A program made the translations under genes and the position numbers. A model generated the notes under the pieces. That model saw only the letters and a program-made list of their open reading frames with translations. It was not told the origin of the DNA and searched no databases. Positions 19,265 to 29,061 of a DNA stretch of 56,188 bases are shown in pieces. Numbering within the stretch: the first letter of the stretch is position 1; each line of letters opens with the position of its first letter. Origin of the DNA: an uncultured Desulfovibrionaceae bacterium. Lineage in GTDB: Bacteria; Desulfobacterota; Desulfovibrionia; Desulfovibrionales; Desulfovibrionaceae. The stretch lies in the NCBI GenBank assembly GCA_964371565.1, contig CAYJND010000001.1, positions 1 through 56,188 of the forward strand, given 5' to 3'.

Positions 19265-20476
19265 CTAGTTAGAGCTACGTAAAATATCTTCTAAAGCCGC
19301 TAAAAAAGCGTCCAATTGCGCTTCTTCTACGGTCAAAGCAGGCAGCAAACGCAGCACAGTATCTTGCGTAAGATTACAAATAAAACCGCGCTCAAGCAAA
19401 GCATCCCACACGGGCTTGCCAGGCACAGCTAAGTCAATACCAAGCATAAGGCCAAGGCCGCGCACTTCTTTAATGGTACCTGGCAAACGCTGCGACAAAG
19501 CCTCAACTTTAGCCATAAAAGAAGCGCCCACACGCCCTGCACGCTCTGCCAAATTATCGCGTAGCATAATATCCATGCAGGTGGCTGCCACTGCAGAGGC
19601 CAAGGCGCCGCCGCCAAAGGTGGTGGCATGACTACCAGCTTCAAAACCAGGATTTACTTCATTGGTGGTAAGCATGGCACCCATGGGCAGACCATTGGCT
19701 AAAGCTTTAGCCACGGTAATAATATCGGGCTTTACGTCAAAATTTTGGAATGCCCAGAACTTGCCTGTACGGCAAAGACCACCTTGCACCTCATCCACCA
19801 TAAAAAGAATATCTTTTTCGCGGCATAGGGCTTCGATGTCTTTAATATACTGCTCTGTCATGGGGCGAATGCCGCCCTCGCCTTGCACTACCTCAAAGAA
19901 AATACCAGCTGTTTGCGGGCCTACGGCATCACGTAGAGCCTGTATATCACCCCAAGGCACTTGGGTGAAACCTTCAGGAATGGGGGCAAAGCCATCTTGA
20001 AAACGCTCTTGCCCAGTGGCAGCAATGGCCCCTAAAGTACGCCCGTGAAAAGCACCCGTTAAGGTAATAATTTCATACGCATCACGATTTTTTACCTTAC
20101 GCATATAACGACGCGCCAGTTTAAAAGCTGCTTCGTTGGCCTCTGCACCGGAATTACAGAAAAAAGCTTTATCTAAATGACACGTAGAGAGCAATTTTTC
20201 TGCTAAATCCAATTGCTCTTCTTGGTAAAATAAATTGCTCACATGCCACAGCTTTTCGGCTTGCTTTTGCAAAGATTGCACAACTTCTGCATGACAATGC
20301 CCAAGGCCTGTCACCGCAATACCGGCTAAAAGGTCAATATACTCTTTGCCGTCAGCATCCCACAAAAGAGAATCCTTACCGCGCACAATGGCTAAAGGAT
20401 AGCGCCCATAGGTACGACATAAAGATTGTTCTTCTCTTGCTTTCATGGCCAAAAAAGTAGCTGATGCTTGCGTCAT
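19265..20476 (-). CDS. argD: Acetylornithine aminotransferase (class III PLP aminotransferase)
   Basis: DLLAGIAVTGLGHCH, FFCNSGAEANE, DEVQGGLCRTGK, TVAKALANG (PLP Lys). The start is set to the ATG 8 nt after GAGGAG. Confidence 0.85.
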   Translation of the reverse strand: MTQASATFLAMKAREEQSLCRTYGRYPLAIVRGKDSLLWDADGKEYIDLLAGIAVTGLGHCHAEVVQSLQKQAEKLWHVSNLFYQEEQLDLAEKLLSTCHLDKAFFCNSGAEANEAAFKLARRYMRKVKNRDAYEIITLTGAFHGRTLGAIAATGQERFQDGFAPIPEGFTQVPWGDIQALRDAVGPQTAGIFFEVVQGEGGIRPMTEQYIKDIEALCREKDILFMVDEVQGGLCRTGKFWAFQNFDVKPDIITVAKALANGLPMGAMLTTNEVNPGFEAGSHATTFGGGALASAVAATCMDIMLRDNLAERAGRVGASFMAKVEALSQRLPGTIKEVRGLGLMLGIDLAVPGKPVWDALLERGFICNLTQDTVLRLLPALTVEEAQLDAFLAALEDILRSSN

Positions 20477-20501
20477 TTCCATTCTCCTCAATATATTCTA
20501 A

Positions 20502-20987
20502 TTATTCTTGTCCTGTATGTCCAAAACCGCCGCAGCCTCTATGGCTGTCATCTAAATGCGTACACAGCTGTATTGCAGGGCGAAATATGGGCTGAAACAC
20601 CAATTGCGCCACACGCTCACCGCGCTGAATAGTGTAAGGGCTTTGCGAGGTATTTAAAAGCATAATCATTATTTCACCGCGATAGTCGGCATCTATAACC
20701 CCTACCCCTTGCGCTACCATAACACCATGCTTGGCACCAAGGCCACTTCGCGAATACACAAAGCCGGCTACATCTTGCCCGCCACTATTTTCACGCCCCT
20801 CGGTCACAGGTTGCACCGCCACCCCAGAGGGTATAAGTACTCGCTGCCCCGGGGCAAGACAATAGCTAGGCTCGGCAAAGCAGGCTCGCAAATCTAAGCC
20901 CGCAGAGCCTTCAGTGGCGTACTTTGGCGCGCCGTCATACAGCGCCTCAGCTTCTGGGCGCATAAAACAAAGATGAAGCATGTGCAT
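20502..20987 (-). CDS. dut: dUTP diphosphatase
   Basis: GSAGLDLRA, RSGLGAKHGV, GVIDADYRGE and RGCGGFGHTG motifs. The start is ambiguous (M1, M3 or M9). Confidence 0.9.
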   Translation of the reverse strand: MHMLHLCFMRPEAEALYDGAPKYATEGSAGLDLRACFAEPSYCLAPGQRVLIPSGVAVQPVTEGRENSGGQDVAGFVYSRSGLGAKHGVMVAQGVGVIDADYRGEIMIMLLNTSQSPYTIQRGERVAQLVFQPIFRPAIQLCTHLDDSHRGCGGFGHTGQE

Positions 20988-21049
20988 GCCTATGGCATAC
21001 CTTAAAGGCGCTCAGTGAGCAAGAAAGAATGAAGCGCTAAGTGTAGTTA

Positions 21050-21087
21050 CACAAAAAAAGGGCTCTTTCTAGGTAGAAAAAGCCCTT
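21050..21087 (-). terminator. Intrinsic terminator after the hybrid kinase gene
   Basis: On the minus strand: AAGGGCT, 16-nt loop, AGCCCTT, followed by TTTTTTTGTGT. Confidence 0.55.
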
Positions 21088-21108
21088 ATATACTATGTAA
21101 TCTCTACT

Positions 21109-23541
21109 CTATATTTCAATATTTTCCCATTTATCTGTGGGTAACCATTGGCGCAATACTCGCTCAAGCTCTTTAATAATCAGTGGCTTAGAAAGATAAT
21201 CATTCATACCACTACGTAAAAATTCAGAGCGCACATCGCCTACAGCGTTAGCTGTTAAAGCCACAATGGGCACCATGCGAAAACGATCGTCCACAAGGTT
21301 ACGAATATGCATGGTGGTCTCTACGCCATCCATTTTAGGCATCATATGATCCATAAAAATCACATCGTAATGCACTTGCTTCACGGTTTTAATGGCTTCT
21401 TCGCCGCTCAGTACCGTATCTACGGCAACGCCATATTCTTCGAGCACGCTTTGGGTAATAATAAGGTTAATATTATTATCATCAACCACCAAGGCACGAA
21501 CACCGCGTGTTTTGAGCGAGAAAGAGTTTTGGTTAGCAGCAGAGTCGCTCACATGATAGATAGAACCCTCTAAAAGGCGCGCCACTACAATGGTAGTCAA
21601 GGGCGCATAAGCCACGGTCACATTATCGGGCACATCTTTACTTTCAAAATAATTGCGCGACAATGCCAAAACATGCACATGGGGTACACTGGCCACATCA
21701 AAAGTAGAAAGCTTGGTGTATTCCATAAAGACATGTGTATATTCGCAAATGACCTCAGAAGAACTGATTAGCGAGGCATTTGCCCCCATATCATTAAGCT
21801 TTTGGCACAAAAATTCTGCTTTTATGCTATTTTCTAGCCACACAGCCACGCGCATATTTGCAAAGTTTTTGGTTACAAGCAGCGGCGTTGTATCTTCTAC
21901 AACTTGCGGCAATTCAAAAGAAAATACCGAGCCCTTACCATAGACGCTCTCTACATGTACCGAGCCGCCCATGGCTTCTATAAGGCTTTTGGTAATGGCA
22001 AGCCCTAGCCCCGTACCTTCAATATTTCTATTTTTCTTAGTATCAAGCTGTGAGAAATTATTAAAGAGCATGGGTAAATCTTCGCGGCGAATGCCTATGC
22101 CGGTATCTTCTACCCGCACTTTTAGCACCACCATTTCACCCTTGGCTGCAGGCTCAGCCCGCATGGTCAAGCGCACATGGCCTTGATAGGTAAATTTAAG
22201 TGCATTGGAAAGTAAATTTACCAGTACCTGCTTAATGCGAATACTATCCCCCACGAGAATGCTTGGCATGGCGTGATAGTCTTCTATAAGCAATTCAATA
22301 TCTTTGCGTCCTATACGTACATTCATAAGAGACACAATATCATTGATAAAAGACTCTACATAATACGCATCGGGGATAATTTCTATGGCGCCGGCTTCAA
22401 TTTTAGAAAAGTCTAAAATATCATTAATAATAGCCAGTAAAGACCCAGCAGCGCCCTTAATATTTTGTAAACATTCGTTGATTTGCCCTTCAGGATTATG
22501 ACGTAAGGCAATATCTGACATACCCAAAATGGCATTCATGGGCGTGCGAATTTCGTGGCTCATATTGGCAAGAAAGGTGCTTTTTGCCTGATTGGCTAGC
22601 TCTGCACTTTCGAGGCGTCTTTGTTCGGTAATATCACTTAAAAAGCCTTCTAAAAGGTATGGCTCACCAGCATGGGTAAACTCTGCCACACGGCTGCGCT
22701 CCCATACCCACTTTACTGTACCATCTTTAGTGATAATTCTAAAAGTGGTATCTAGCGGCAAGCCCACATCAAGGGTGGCTAGATTAACTGCAGCCAAAGC
22801 CTCCACATCGTCTGGGTGCACAAGATCAAAAAAGCGCACGCCGCCTTCGCGGGTAAGTTCGTCTGCCGTATAGCCATACAAAGCCTCACAGCCATCACTA
22901 ATGTAGGTAAATCTATATATGGGAGGCTCGTTAAAGCATTGATAAATGGCACCCGGCAAATTGTTCATGAGCCTTTCAGCACGGCTTTGGGTAATGCGAA
23001 TATCTTCCATGGCTTGATGGTGCAACTCTGAAGTCATGGCTAAGGCCACAAAGTCGGCTAACGAAGAGGTAAATTCTTTTTCTGCCTCTGTCCACACGCG
23101 CTCTGTACTCATTTGCTCTACGCAAATAACGCCCACTACCTCACCATGCATACGCACAGGTGCATCTAAAGTGGCACTCATAGACTCATTATAGCTGCCT
23201 ATAAGATCTATATAAGTATCCCCGGTGCCTGCATCAATGCTTAGAACACGATTTGCCCTAAGCCCTACCAAGTAATGAGGATGCGCCACCAGGCTCAAAT
23301 CATCCGCCACAGTAACGCTATCACTCTCCAGGGTATAGACCAAGATAGAACGCAATACATTTTCTTCTGGCATGATGCGCCATAAGGAAACGCGCGTTAC
23401 CGCTAAGGCCGAGCAGGCTTCTTTGGCAATAGTAGAGGCGGCCTCTTCTAGATTACCAGAGGTTAAAGTTGGAGACTTCGTTATTCGCGCTAAAGCGTCA
23501 CTTAAACTTCGTGCCCTATCAGAATCATTGGCAATATTCAT
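21109..23541 (-). CDS. Hybrid sensor histidine kinase / response regulator (GAF-PAS-HisKA-HATPase-REC)
   Basis: FLANMSHEIRTPMN (H-box), the N/G boxes (LLSNALKF, DTGIGI, GTGLGL), and the C-terminal receiver ALVVDDNNINL...DVIFMDHMMPKMDG. The start is trimmed to the ATG at 23541 (MNIANDS) to avoid overlapping the upstream gene. Confidence 0.9.
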   Translation of the reverse strand: MNIANDSDRARSLSDALARITKSPTLTSGNLEEAASTIAKEACSALAVTRVSLWRIMPEENVLRSILVYTLESDSVTVADDLSLVAHPHYLVGLRANRVLSIDAGTGDTYIDLIGSYNESMSATLDAPVRMHGEVVGVICVEQMSTERVWTEAEKEFTSSLADFVALAMTSELHHQAMEDIRITQSRAERLMNNLPGAIYQCFNEPPIYRFTYISDGCEALYGYTADELTREGGVRFFDLVHPDDVEALAAVNLATLDVGLPLDTTFRIITKDGTVKWVWERSRVAEFTHAGEPYLLEGFLSDITEQRRLESAELANQAKSTFLANMSHEIRTPMNAILGMSDIALRHNPEGQINECLQNIKGAAGSLLAIINDILDFSKIEAGAIEIIPDAYYVESFINDIVSLMNVRIGRKDIELLIEDYHAMPSILVGDSIRIKQVLVNLLSNALKFTYQGHVRLTMRAEPAAKGEMVVLKVRVEDTGIGIRREDLPMLFNNFSQLDTKKNRNIEGTGLGLAITKSLIEAMGGSVHVESVYGKGSVFSFELPQVVEDTTPLLVTKNFANMRVAVWLENSIKAEFLCQKLNDMGANASLISSSEVICEYTHVFMEYTKLSTFDVASVPHVHVLALSRNYFESKDVPDNVTVAYAPLTTIVVARLLEGSIYHVSDSAANQNSFSLKTRGVRALVVDDNNINLIITQSVLEEYGVAVDTVLSGEEAIKTVKQVHYDVIFMDHMMPKMDGVETTMHIRNLVDDRFRMVPIVALTANAVGDVRSEFLRSGMNDYLSKPLIIKELERVLRQWLPTDKWENIEI

Positions 23542-23560
23542 AAACCCTTCACAATAAAAG

Positions 23561-24736
23561 CTAATTTCCTTCCAAAACCTTTTCAATGCGAGAAAGAGCT
23601 TCCATAAGCACTTCATCGGCGAGAGCATAAGAAAAGCGAATGCATTTTTCATCACCAAAGGCAGAGCCAGGCACCACAGCCACATTGGCTTTTTCTAAAA
23701 GCACAGTGCACAGCTCAGCATCATTGGCAAGACCAGGGCGATAATAATTATGCACATCTACCATAAAGTAAAAGGCACCGCCAGGCTTAGGACAAATGGC
23801 CTTAGACCAAGTTTGAATGCGGGCATAACCAGCATCTCTACGGCGCGTAAAAGCGGCGCGCATTTCATCCATAAAGTCTTTGGGGCCGTCTAAAGCTGCA
23901 AAAGCGGCCTTTTGTGCAATGGAGCACACATTGGAGGTGCTTTGCCCTTGCAAGCTAATAATAGCCTTGGTTAAAGCGGGGCAGGTTACCGAAAAACCTA
24001 CGCGCCAGCCGGTCATGGCATAGCTTTTAGACACACCATTACATAAAGCCACTTGCTCAGGATAACGCACAAACCAGTGAGCCGCTGTGGCAGACTTTTG
24101 ACCATCGTATACCAATTGGTCATAAATTTCGTCAGATATAACAAAAATCCCCTTAGCCATGGCCCATTCCATAAGAGCATCAAGCTCTTCTTGGCTATAA
24201 ATAACGCCGGTGGGATTAGAGGGAGAATTTAAAATAAGCATACGCGTTTGCGGCGTAAGATATTTTTCTAATTGCGCGGTGCTTACCTTAAAATCTTCTT
24301 CTACCAAGGTGGGCACAGCCACAGGCTTAGCACCGGCAAGGAGCACCATATCTGGATAACTTACCCAATAAGGGGCAGGAATAAGCACTTCATCTGCTGG
24401 GTTTAGCAGGGCCTGCATAATATTATATAAAGGTTGCTTACCCCCATTGGAAACAACTACATTGGCAGGGGCAAAGCTGGCGCCGTATTCTTTTTCATAA
24501 TAAGCAGCAGCGGCGCGGCGTAATTCCATAATACCTGGCACCGCTGTATAGCGGGTAAACCCTGCATCAATGGCATCTTTGGCAGCATCGCAAATATGCT
24601 TTGGCGTAGTAAAATCAGGTTCACCCACGGCCAAAGAAATAATTTCTACCCCTTGGTTTTTTAATTCAAGAGCTTTGGCGTTAATTGCAAGAGTGGCAGA
24701 AGGTTTGACAGCGGAAAGTTTATCTGCGAGTTTCAT
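23561..24736 (-). CDS. Aspartate/aromatic-type class I PLP aminotransferase
   Basis: 391 aa. SLAVGEPDFTTP, NPSNPTG and SKSYAMTGWRVG (PLP Lys). Confidence 0.88.
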   Translation of the reverse strand: MKLADKLSAVKPSATLAINAKALELKNQGVEIISLAVGEPDFTTPKHICDAAKDAIDAGFTRYTAVPGIMELRRAAAAYYEKEYGASFAPANVVVSNGGKQPLYNIMQALLNPADEVLIPAPYWVSYPDMVLLAGAKPVAVPTLVEEDFKVSTAQLEKYLTPQTRMLILNSPSNPTGVIYSQEELDALMEWAMAKGIFVISDEIYDQLVYDGQKSATAAHWFVRYPEQVALCNGVSKSYAMTGWRVGFSVTCPALTKAIISLQGQSTSNVCSIAQKAAFAALDGPKDFMDEMRAAFTRRRDAGYARIQTWSKAICPKPGGAFYFMVDVHNYYRPGLANDAELCTVLLEKANVAVVPGSAFGDEKCIRFSYALADEVLMEALSRIEKVLEGN

Positions 24737-24879
24737 GGGGCAGTCCTTTAAAAAATTACTTTATTGATACAGCTTGCCTTTGTTTTTCATAACATATTAA
24801 AAAAAAACATAAAGGCCTCTTTATGCACACCAGACGCCAAGCGTCATAAAATAAAATCTGGTTAAAGCTACACAACACC

Positions 24880-25722
24880 ATGAAAAATGTAAACAGTCCG
24901 CAAGTAAAAAAAATTCCAAAAGGTTCTTTATTACCACACCCTGCCCATTGCCGTGTGGGGCAATTTTTACGCCGCCAAAAAAGATTTAGCGTGGCAGTAA
25001 ACTTACACCAAGGCTGCGCAGAGCCCAATCAAGAACGTGAAGAAACCTGGATTCACAGCAATAATTCAGGGTCCATGCTGGGTCTTTTGCGTCGCCATAG
25101 CCCTGTATTGCTCTCCCCTGCTGCCAATGCCAAACGTAAATTACCCTTTACTCAAGAGGCCGTGTGGATGCCGAGGCACTGGCATGCACAGCACATGCAG
25201 CACTTACACAGCACTAAGGCAGAAGATTATGACCAAGGTTTTTGGGTAGGTGTCAACACCTCTGTACCCAATAAACTTTTAGAGGCGGCCTTTTACGCTG
25301 ACCTGCTTCCCTTTGCCGCAGGTTATACACAATTTAAACGCGAAGCTAAACGCGGCGCTTCACGCCTAGATGCGTGTATCACAGGGCAAAACCTCCCCAC
25401 GCTTTGGGTAGAGTGTAAAAATGTGACCATGGTGGAAGATGACGTGGCGCTTTTTCCCGATGCCGCCACAGAGCGCGGGCAAAAGCACTTGCAAGAGCTT
25501 ATGGATATTGTGCATAACGGCGAACGCGCTGTGATGTTTTACCTTGTGCAAAGGCCAGATGGGCAATGCTTTGCCCCGGCAGACATTATAGACCCAGCCT
25601 ATGCCAAGCTTTTTTGGCAAGCGGTGGATTGCGGCGTAGAAATATATGCCATGCGCGGTGTGGTAAGCCCTGCGGGTATTGATCTTGGGGAAAGACTGCC
25701 GCTAGCATCATGCCCAAAATAG
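24880..25722 (+). CDS. sfsA: SfsA-family DNA/sugar fermentation stimulation protein homologue
   Basis: RRQKRFSV..., [32 protein letters not shown] (very SfsA-like), VEIYAMRG. It carries an extra His-rich insertion of about 40 aa ([12 protein letters not shown]) relative to the E. coli-type length. Confidence 0.8.
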   Translation: MKNVNSPQVKKIPKGSLLPHPAHCRVGQFLRRQKRFSVAVNLHQGCAEPNQEREETWIHSNNSGSMLGLLRRHSPVLLSPAANAKRKLPFTQEAVWMPRHWHAQHMQHLHSTKAEDYDQGFWVGVNTSVPNKLLEAAFYADLLPFAAGYTQFKREAKRGASRLDACITGQNLPTLWVECKNVTMVEDDVALFPDAATERGQKHLQELMDIVHNGERAVMFYLVQRPDGQCFAPADIIDPAYAKLFWQAVDCGVEIYAMRGVVSPAGIDLGERLPLASCPK

Positions 25723-25732
25723 TATATTTAAA

Positions 25733-26515
25733 TCACTCATACCAGACTTTTACTAGGCTAAGCCCCTGCGGCGGCGCTGTGGCAGGGGCAGCAGGTCTAT
25801 GCTTTGCCAGAAGCAAGGCCGGTATATCTTGCGCCTTAAATCGCCCTTGCCCCACTGCCACTAAAAGCCCTGTAATATTACGCACCATTTGCTTTAAAAA
25901 ACCATCTGCTTCAGCGGTGAGGGTAAGTAAATGAGGATGTAAAGCTTGCGGCGCCCAGGCTGAGCCTTGGCTTAATTCTAATGTATGCACCGTGCGCACG
26001 GTATCGGCTATGGGCGTGCCCACATTTTGCATGGCGGCAAAGTCGTGAGTGCCGCGTAAATGGGGCAAAGCTTCACGCATGGCTTCTATGGCAAGATTAC
26101 CCGGCGCCCAAACAAAAGGACGCAAGCGCGGCGGTAAAAAATTACGTTGCGTCCAGAGGGTATAGGTATAGGTTTTTTGCACAGCGGAAAAACGGCTGTG
26201 AAAATCTGCGCTCACTTCTTCTACTTTCATGACGCAAATATCGGCGGGCAACATACCATAAAAGATATTTTCCCATTCTGAGCAAGAGCGCACTTTACTT
26301 GTATCCGGCAAGGTAAAATGCATGACCTGCCCCTCGGCATGGACGCCGGCATCGGTGCGCCCTGCCCCATGCACACGCACGGGCTGGGAAGTAACTTTAC
26401 GCAATACCTTTTCTAACTCGCCCTGAATGGTGAGGGGCGCCCCGGGCTTTTCTTGAATTTGCCAGCCCGCATACTGCGTACCCACATAGCTTAGGGTACA
26501 TTTATAGCGCGTCAT
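25733..26515 (-). CDS. truA: tRNA pseudouridine(38-40) synthase
   Basis: YDGTxYxGWQ-like YVGTQYAGWQIQ and the catalytic GAGRTDAGVHA. Confidence 0.95.
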   Translation of the reverse strand: MTRYKCTLSYVGTQYAGWQIQEKPGAPLTIQGELEKVLRKVTSQPVRVHGAGRTDAGVHAEGQVMHFTLPDTSKVRSCSEWENIFYGMLPADICVMKVEEVSADFHSRFSAVQKTYTYTLWTQRNFLPPRLRPFVWAPGNLAIEAMREALPHLRGTHDFAAMQNVGTPIADTVRTVHTLELSQGSAWAPQALHPHLLTLTAEADGFLKQMVRNITGLLVAVGQGRFKAQDIPALLLAKHRPAAPATAPPQGLSLVKVWYE

Positions 26516-27639
26516 TACTGCTCAATGCGCATGCGGCTCAGCAATTCTGTCAGCTTCGCCGTCTTTATGGGATTCATATAGCTTAAAATTTCACCCGACT
26601 GCTTGGGCTTCATGCTCACTAAAATTTTAGCAGCAATATTTTCATCCATATTTTCCATGGCGGCACCAGCTTGGCGCGGCTTCATATTAGAGTACATACT
26701 GATTAAAGTATTCACTTTTTCGGCTTCTACTTCTTTAGCATCTTTAAGCATACCCTGCACCTTGCGCTCAGCCGCTTGCAACTCTGCCAGCCTTTGTTCC
26801 ATTTGCTTTTTCAGCATAAGGATTTCTTGCTCGCGTCTTGCTAGCTCTTGCTGTTGACGGGTAGGATCTTCTGGCGGCACATACGCATCTAATTGCGGCG
26901 CAGGAGGATTGCTATTGGGCACAAGCAAATTATCGGTGGTACTAGGTGTAAGCTGTGGCCCTGCAGTGCCCGCGGGTAAAATTTGCGTAGGCGGCGTAAA
27001 GGGTGACATGGTGCCGGTTTTGGGTGGCGGCGGTGGCGGCACGGTGAGCGGCGTATCAATGGTGGCGGCATAGGCCACTTGGTCTACCCCAAGGCGCGGA
27101 ATGGGTAAGGAGGTCATAGAGCGAATATTATCCCACCACGAAACATCTTCTTTAGCAGGCTTTTCTGCTCTTGGGCGCATAATTTCTGGCTCAAGGCTAG
27201 GCGCCTCAGCCACAGTATTGGGTAATTGATCTGCATAGTTATTGCGCGAATCAGCCTTATAAGCTAAAGCCGCACGCACAGCGGCAGAGCCTTGGGGCAT
27301 GGCGTCTTGCTGTAAAGCATTTTGGGCATGCCCTTGCGGTGTAGCGGGGTTTTGCTCTGCGTTGATGCTGTCTACACCATGACTAGGGCGCACCTCTGCT
27401 GTCAAAGTATTGTCAGAAGGGCTATTTTCTAAGCCAAGAATTTGCTCATATTGCGCAGTGATGGCGCTCATAATGCCCATATCCGGCAGGGTATAGCCAA
27501 AAGCTAAGGCTACAAAAATAACAATTTTTAGCGAGCACAGCCCCAAAAGAGCATGACAAACTCTAAAGAGAGACCATGTTGAACCGGAGCGTTGCTGCTT
27601 CGTCATTGGTTTTTCTTTCGTGTTCTTTTTCTGCCGCAT
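26515..27639 (-). CDS. MotE-like flagellar-associated protein (N-terminal TM helix, Pro-rich linker, coiled coil, MgtE-N/FliG-like C-terminus)
   Basis: 374 aa. AGGAG lies 7 nt upstream of the ATG at 27639. TM helix LFRVCHALLGLCSLKIVIFVALAF. The C-terminus is AAMENMDENIAAKILVSMKPKQSGEILSYM. It lies directly after fliJ. Its stop overlaps the truA start (TAATG). Confidence 0.55.
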   Translation of the reverse strand: MRQKKNTKEKPMTKQQRSGSTWSLFRVCHALLGLCSLKIVIFVALAFGYTLPDMGIMSAITAQYEQILGLENSPSDNTLTAEVRPSHGVDSINAEQNPATPQGHAQNALQQDAMPQGSAAVRAALAYKADSRNNYADQLPNTVAEAPSLEPEIMRPRAEKPAKEDVSWWDNIRSMTSLPIPRLGVDQVAYAATIDTPLTVPPPPPPKTGTMSPFTPPTQILPAGTAGPQLTPSTTDNLLVPNSNPPAPQLDAYVPPEDPTRQQQELARREQEILMLKKQMEQRLAELQAAERKVQGMLKDAKEVEAEKVNTLISMYSNMKPRQAGAAMENMDENIAAKILVSMKPKQSGEILSYMNPIKTAKLTELLSRMRIEQ

Positions 27640-28000
27640 AGTGACGCTCCTGCTGTTTTTCTTTCAGCTTTTCTAAAACTTTTTTATCTTTAGCTCGTAT
27701 AAGCACCATTTCTTTACATTGATTTACACTTTCATGCAATTGGCGCAAACGGGTATGACTTTGACTCAAATCAGATTTTAAACCTTTGATAAAATTTTCA
27801 AAAACCCAACGCGAGCCTGCATCAATAGTTCTATTTTCGCACATTTGCGCTTCGGTGGCTTGCAGCTCTCCTTGCAGGGCAGCAAAGCGTTCTTCTTCAC
27901 GCTTTAGCATTTGCAAAGCTTTACTCAGGCGCACCTTGGCTTCTTCTTCAAGCATGGCCCTGTAATCAAGGATTTTTTGCATGGGAAATACAAAAGACAT
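27563..28000 (-). CDS. fliJ: Flagellar export chaperone-like protein FliJ
   Basis: 146 aa from the ATG at 28000. MQKILDYRAMLEEEAKVRLSKAL... is an all-helical coiled coil of FliJ size and pattern. Confidence 0.7.
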   Translation of the reverse strand: MSFVFPMQKILDYRAMLEEEAKVRLSKALQMLKREEERFAALQGELQATEAQMCENRTIDAGSRWVFENFIKGLKSDLSQSHTRLRQLHESVNQCKEMVLIRAKDKKVLEKLKEKQQERHYAAEKEHERKTNDEAATLRFNMVSL

Positions 28001-28039
28001 ATAACCACCCGTTAGGAAAATGACAATGTAAAAAGTTGA

Positions 28040-28055
28040 TGCAAAACCCTTGCCA
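28040..28055 (-). promoter_or_regulatory. Sigma-54 (-24/-12) promoter upstream of fliJ
   Basis: The minus strand reads TGGCAAGGGTTTTGCA. The GG and GC elements have exact consensus spacing (TGGCAC-N5-TTGCA). It lies about 40 nt upstream of the fliJ ATG. Confidence 0.55.
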
Positions 28056-28113
28056 AGTGTAGATATATTCACTAAATTTCTCTGAGTATATTTACAACAT
28101 AGCGGGAGAGCAC

Positions 28114-28947
28114 ATGACAACAGCAGGCATTAAACTGTGTATTATAGGTCAGCCCTTGGGGCATTCATTAAGCCCGGCTTTTCACACCAAGGCCTTTGAA
28201 AATTTAGGCATACAGGGCCAGTTTGACGCTTGCCCTCTTGACGCTGACGCTGTGCCAGATTTTTTGCAAGCGCTACGCCAAGGGCAATATCACGGCGCCG
28301 CTGTGACCATTCCGCACAAAGAGCTAGCGCTATCGCTGGTAGATGAGCTTACCCCGCGCGCCAAAAGTGTCGGCGCTATCAACACTCTCTACAAAGAAGG
28401 CTCTGTAATTTGGGGCGATAATACCGACGTGCAAGGTTTTTTACAGCCTCTTTTAGGGCGAAAAATCCCCACGCGCGCCATGGTTTTAGGGGCAGGCGGG
28501 GCAGCAAGAGCCGTCATTGTGGGGCTTAAGCAATTACGTAGCGCCGGCATGAATAGAATTTTTATCAGCGCCCGCAACCTTGCTAAAGCCGAAGCCTTAA
28601 GCGAAGAATTTTCCCTAAGCCCTGTACCTTGGGAAAAGCGCCATACCATAAAATCCCCTTGGCTTATCAATACTACCCCCCTTGGTATGAAAGGCGAGCT
28701 TGTAGATGAAAGCCCCTTTCTGCCCAAGCACTTACTACAAAACTTTGAAAAACAAAGCCTTGCCTATGATATAGTGTATAACCCCTTGCAAACACGTTTT
28801 TTGCGCGAAGCACAAGAGGCTGGCTGGCAAGTGCAAGATGGCTTAGATATGTTTGTGGCTCAAGCACTAGAACAAGAGCGTATTTGGCTGGGGCAAAGCG
28901 CAGATTTTGCCACCATGCGCGCTTTTCTGGAGCAAGGGTTCAAATAA
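28114..28947 (+). CDS. aroE: Shikimate dehydrogenase
   Basis: GxPxxHSxSP (GQPLGHSLSPAFH), NVTIPHK-like AVTIPHKE, GAINT, NTD and the Rossmann motif LGAGGAARA. Confidence 0.92.
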   Translation: MTTAGIKLCIIGQPLGHSLSPAFHTKAFENLGIQGQFDACPLDADAVPDFLQALRQGQYHGAAVTIPHKELALSLVDELTPRAKSVGAINTLYKEGSVIWGDNTDVQGFLQPLLGRKIPTRAMVLGAGGAARAVIVGLKQLRSAGMNRIFISARNLAKAEALSEEFSLSPVPWEKRHTIKSPWLINTTPLGMKGELVDESPFLPKHLLQNFEKQSLAYDIVYNPLQTRFLREAQEAGWQVQDGLDMFVAQALEQERIWLGQSADFATMRAFLEQGFK

Positions 28948-29061
28948 GGCTTGGTTGCACAACCTATACAACACAAGCTCTCGCAAAAGCTGTTGGCGCC
29001 GAAAATAAATTTCGTTCTGCCTCTTCCCCAAAGGTGCTTACCGCATCCTGTAGCAGGCTGT

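Noticed and set aside
25130-25260. The His/Gln-rich insertion in SfsA ([27 protein letters not shown]), considered as a possible frameshift or pseudogene signature.
   Set aside because: The reading frame is continuous and the conserved SfsA blocks on both sides are in the same frame. It looks like a lineage-specific loop insertion rather than gene decay.
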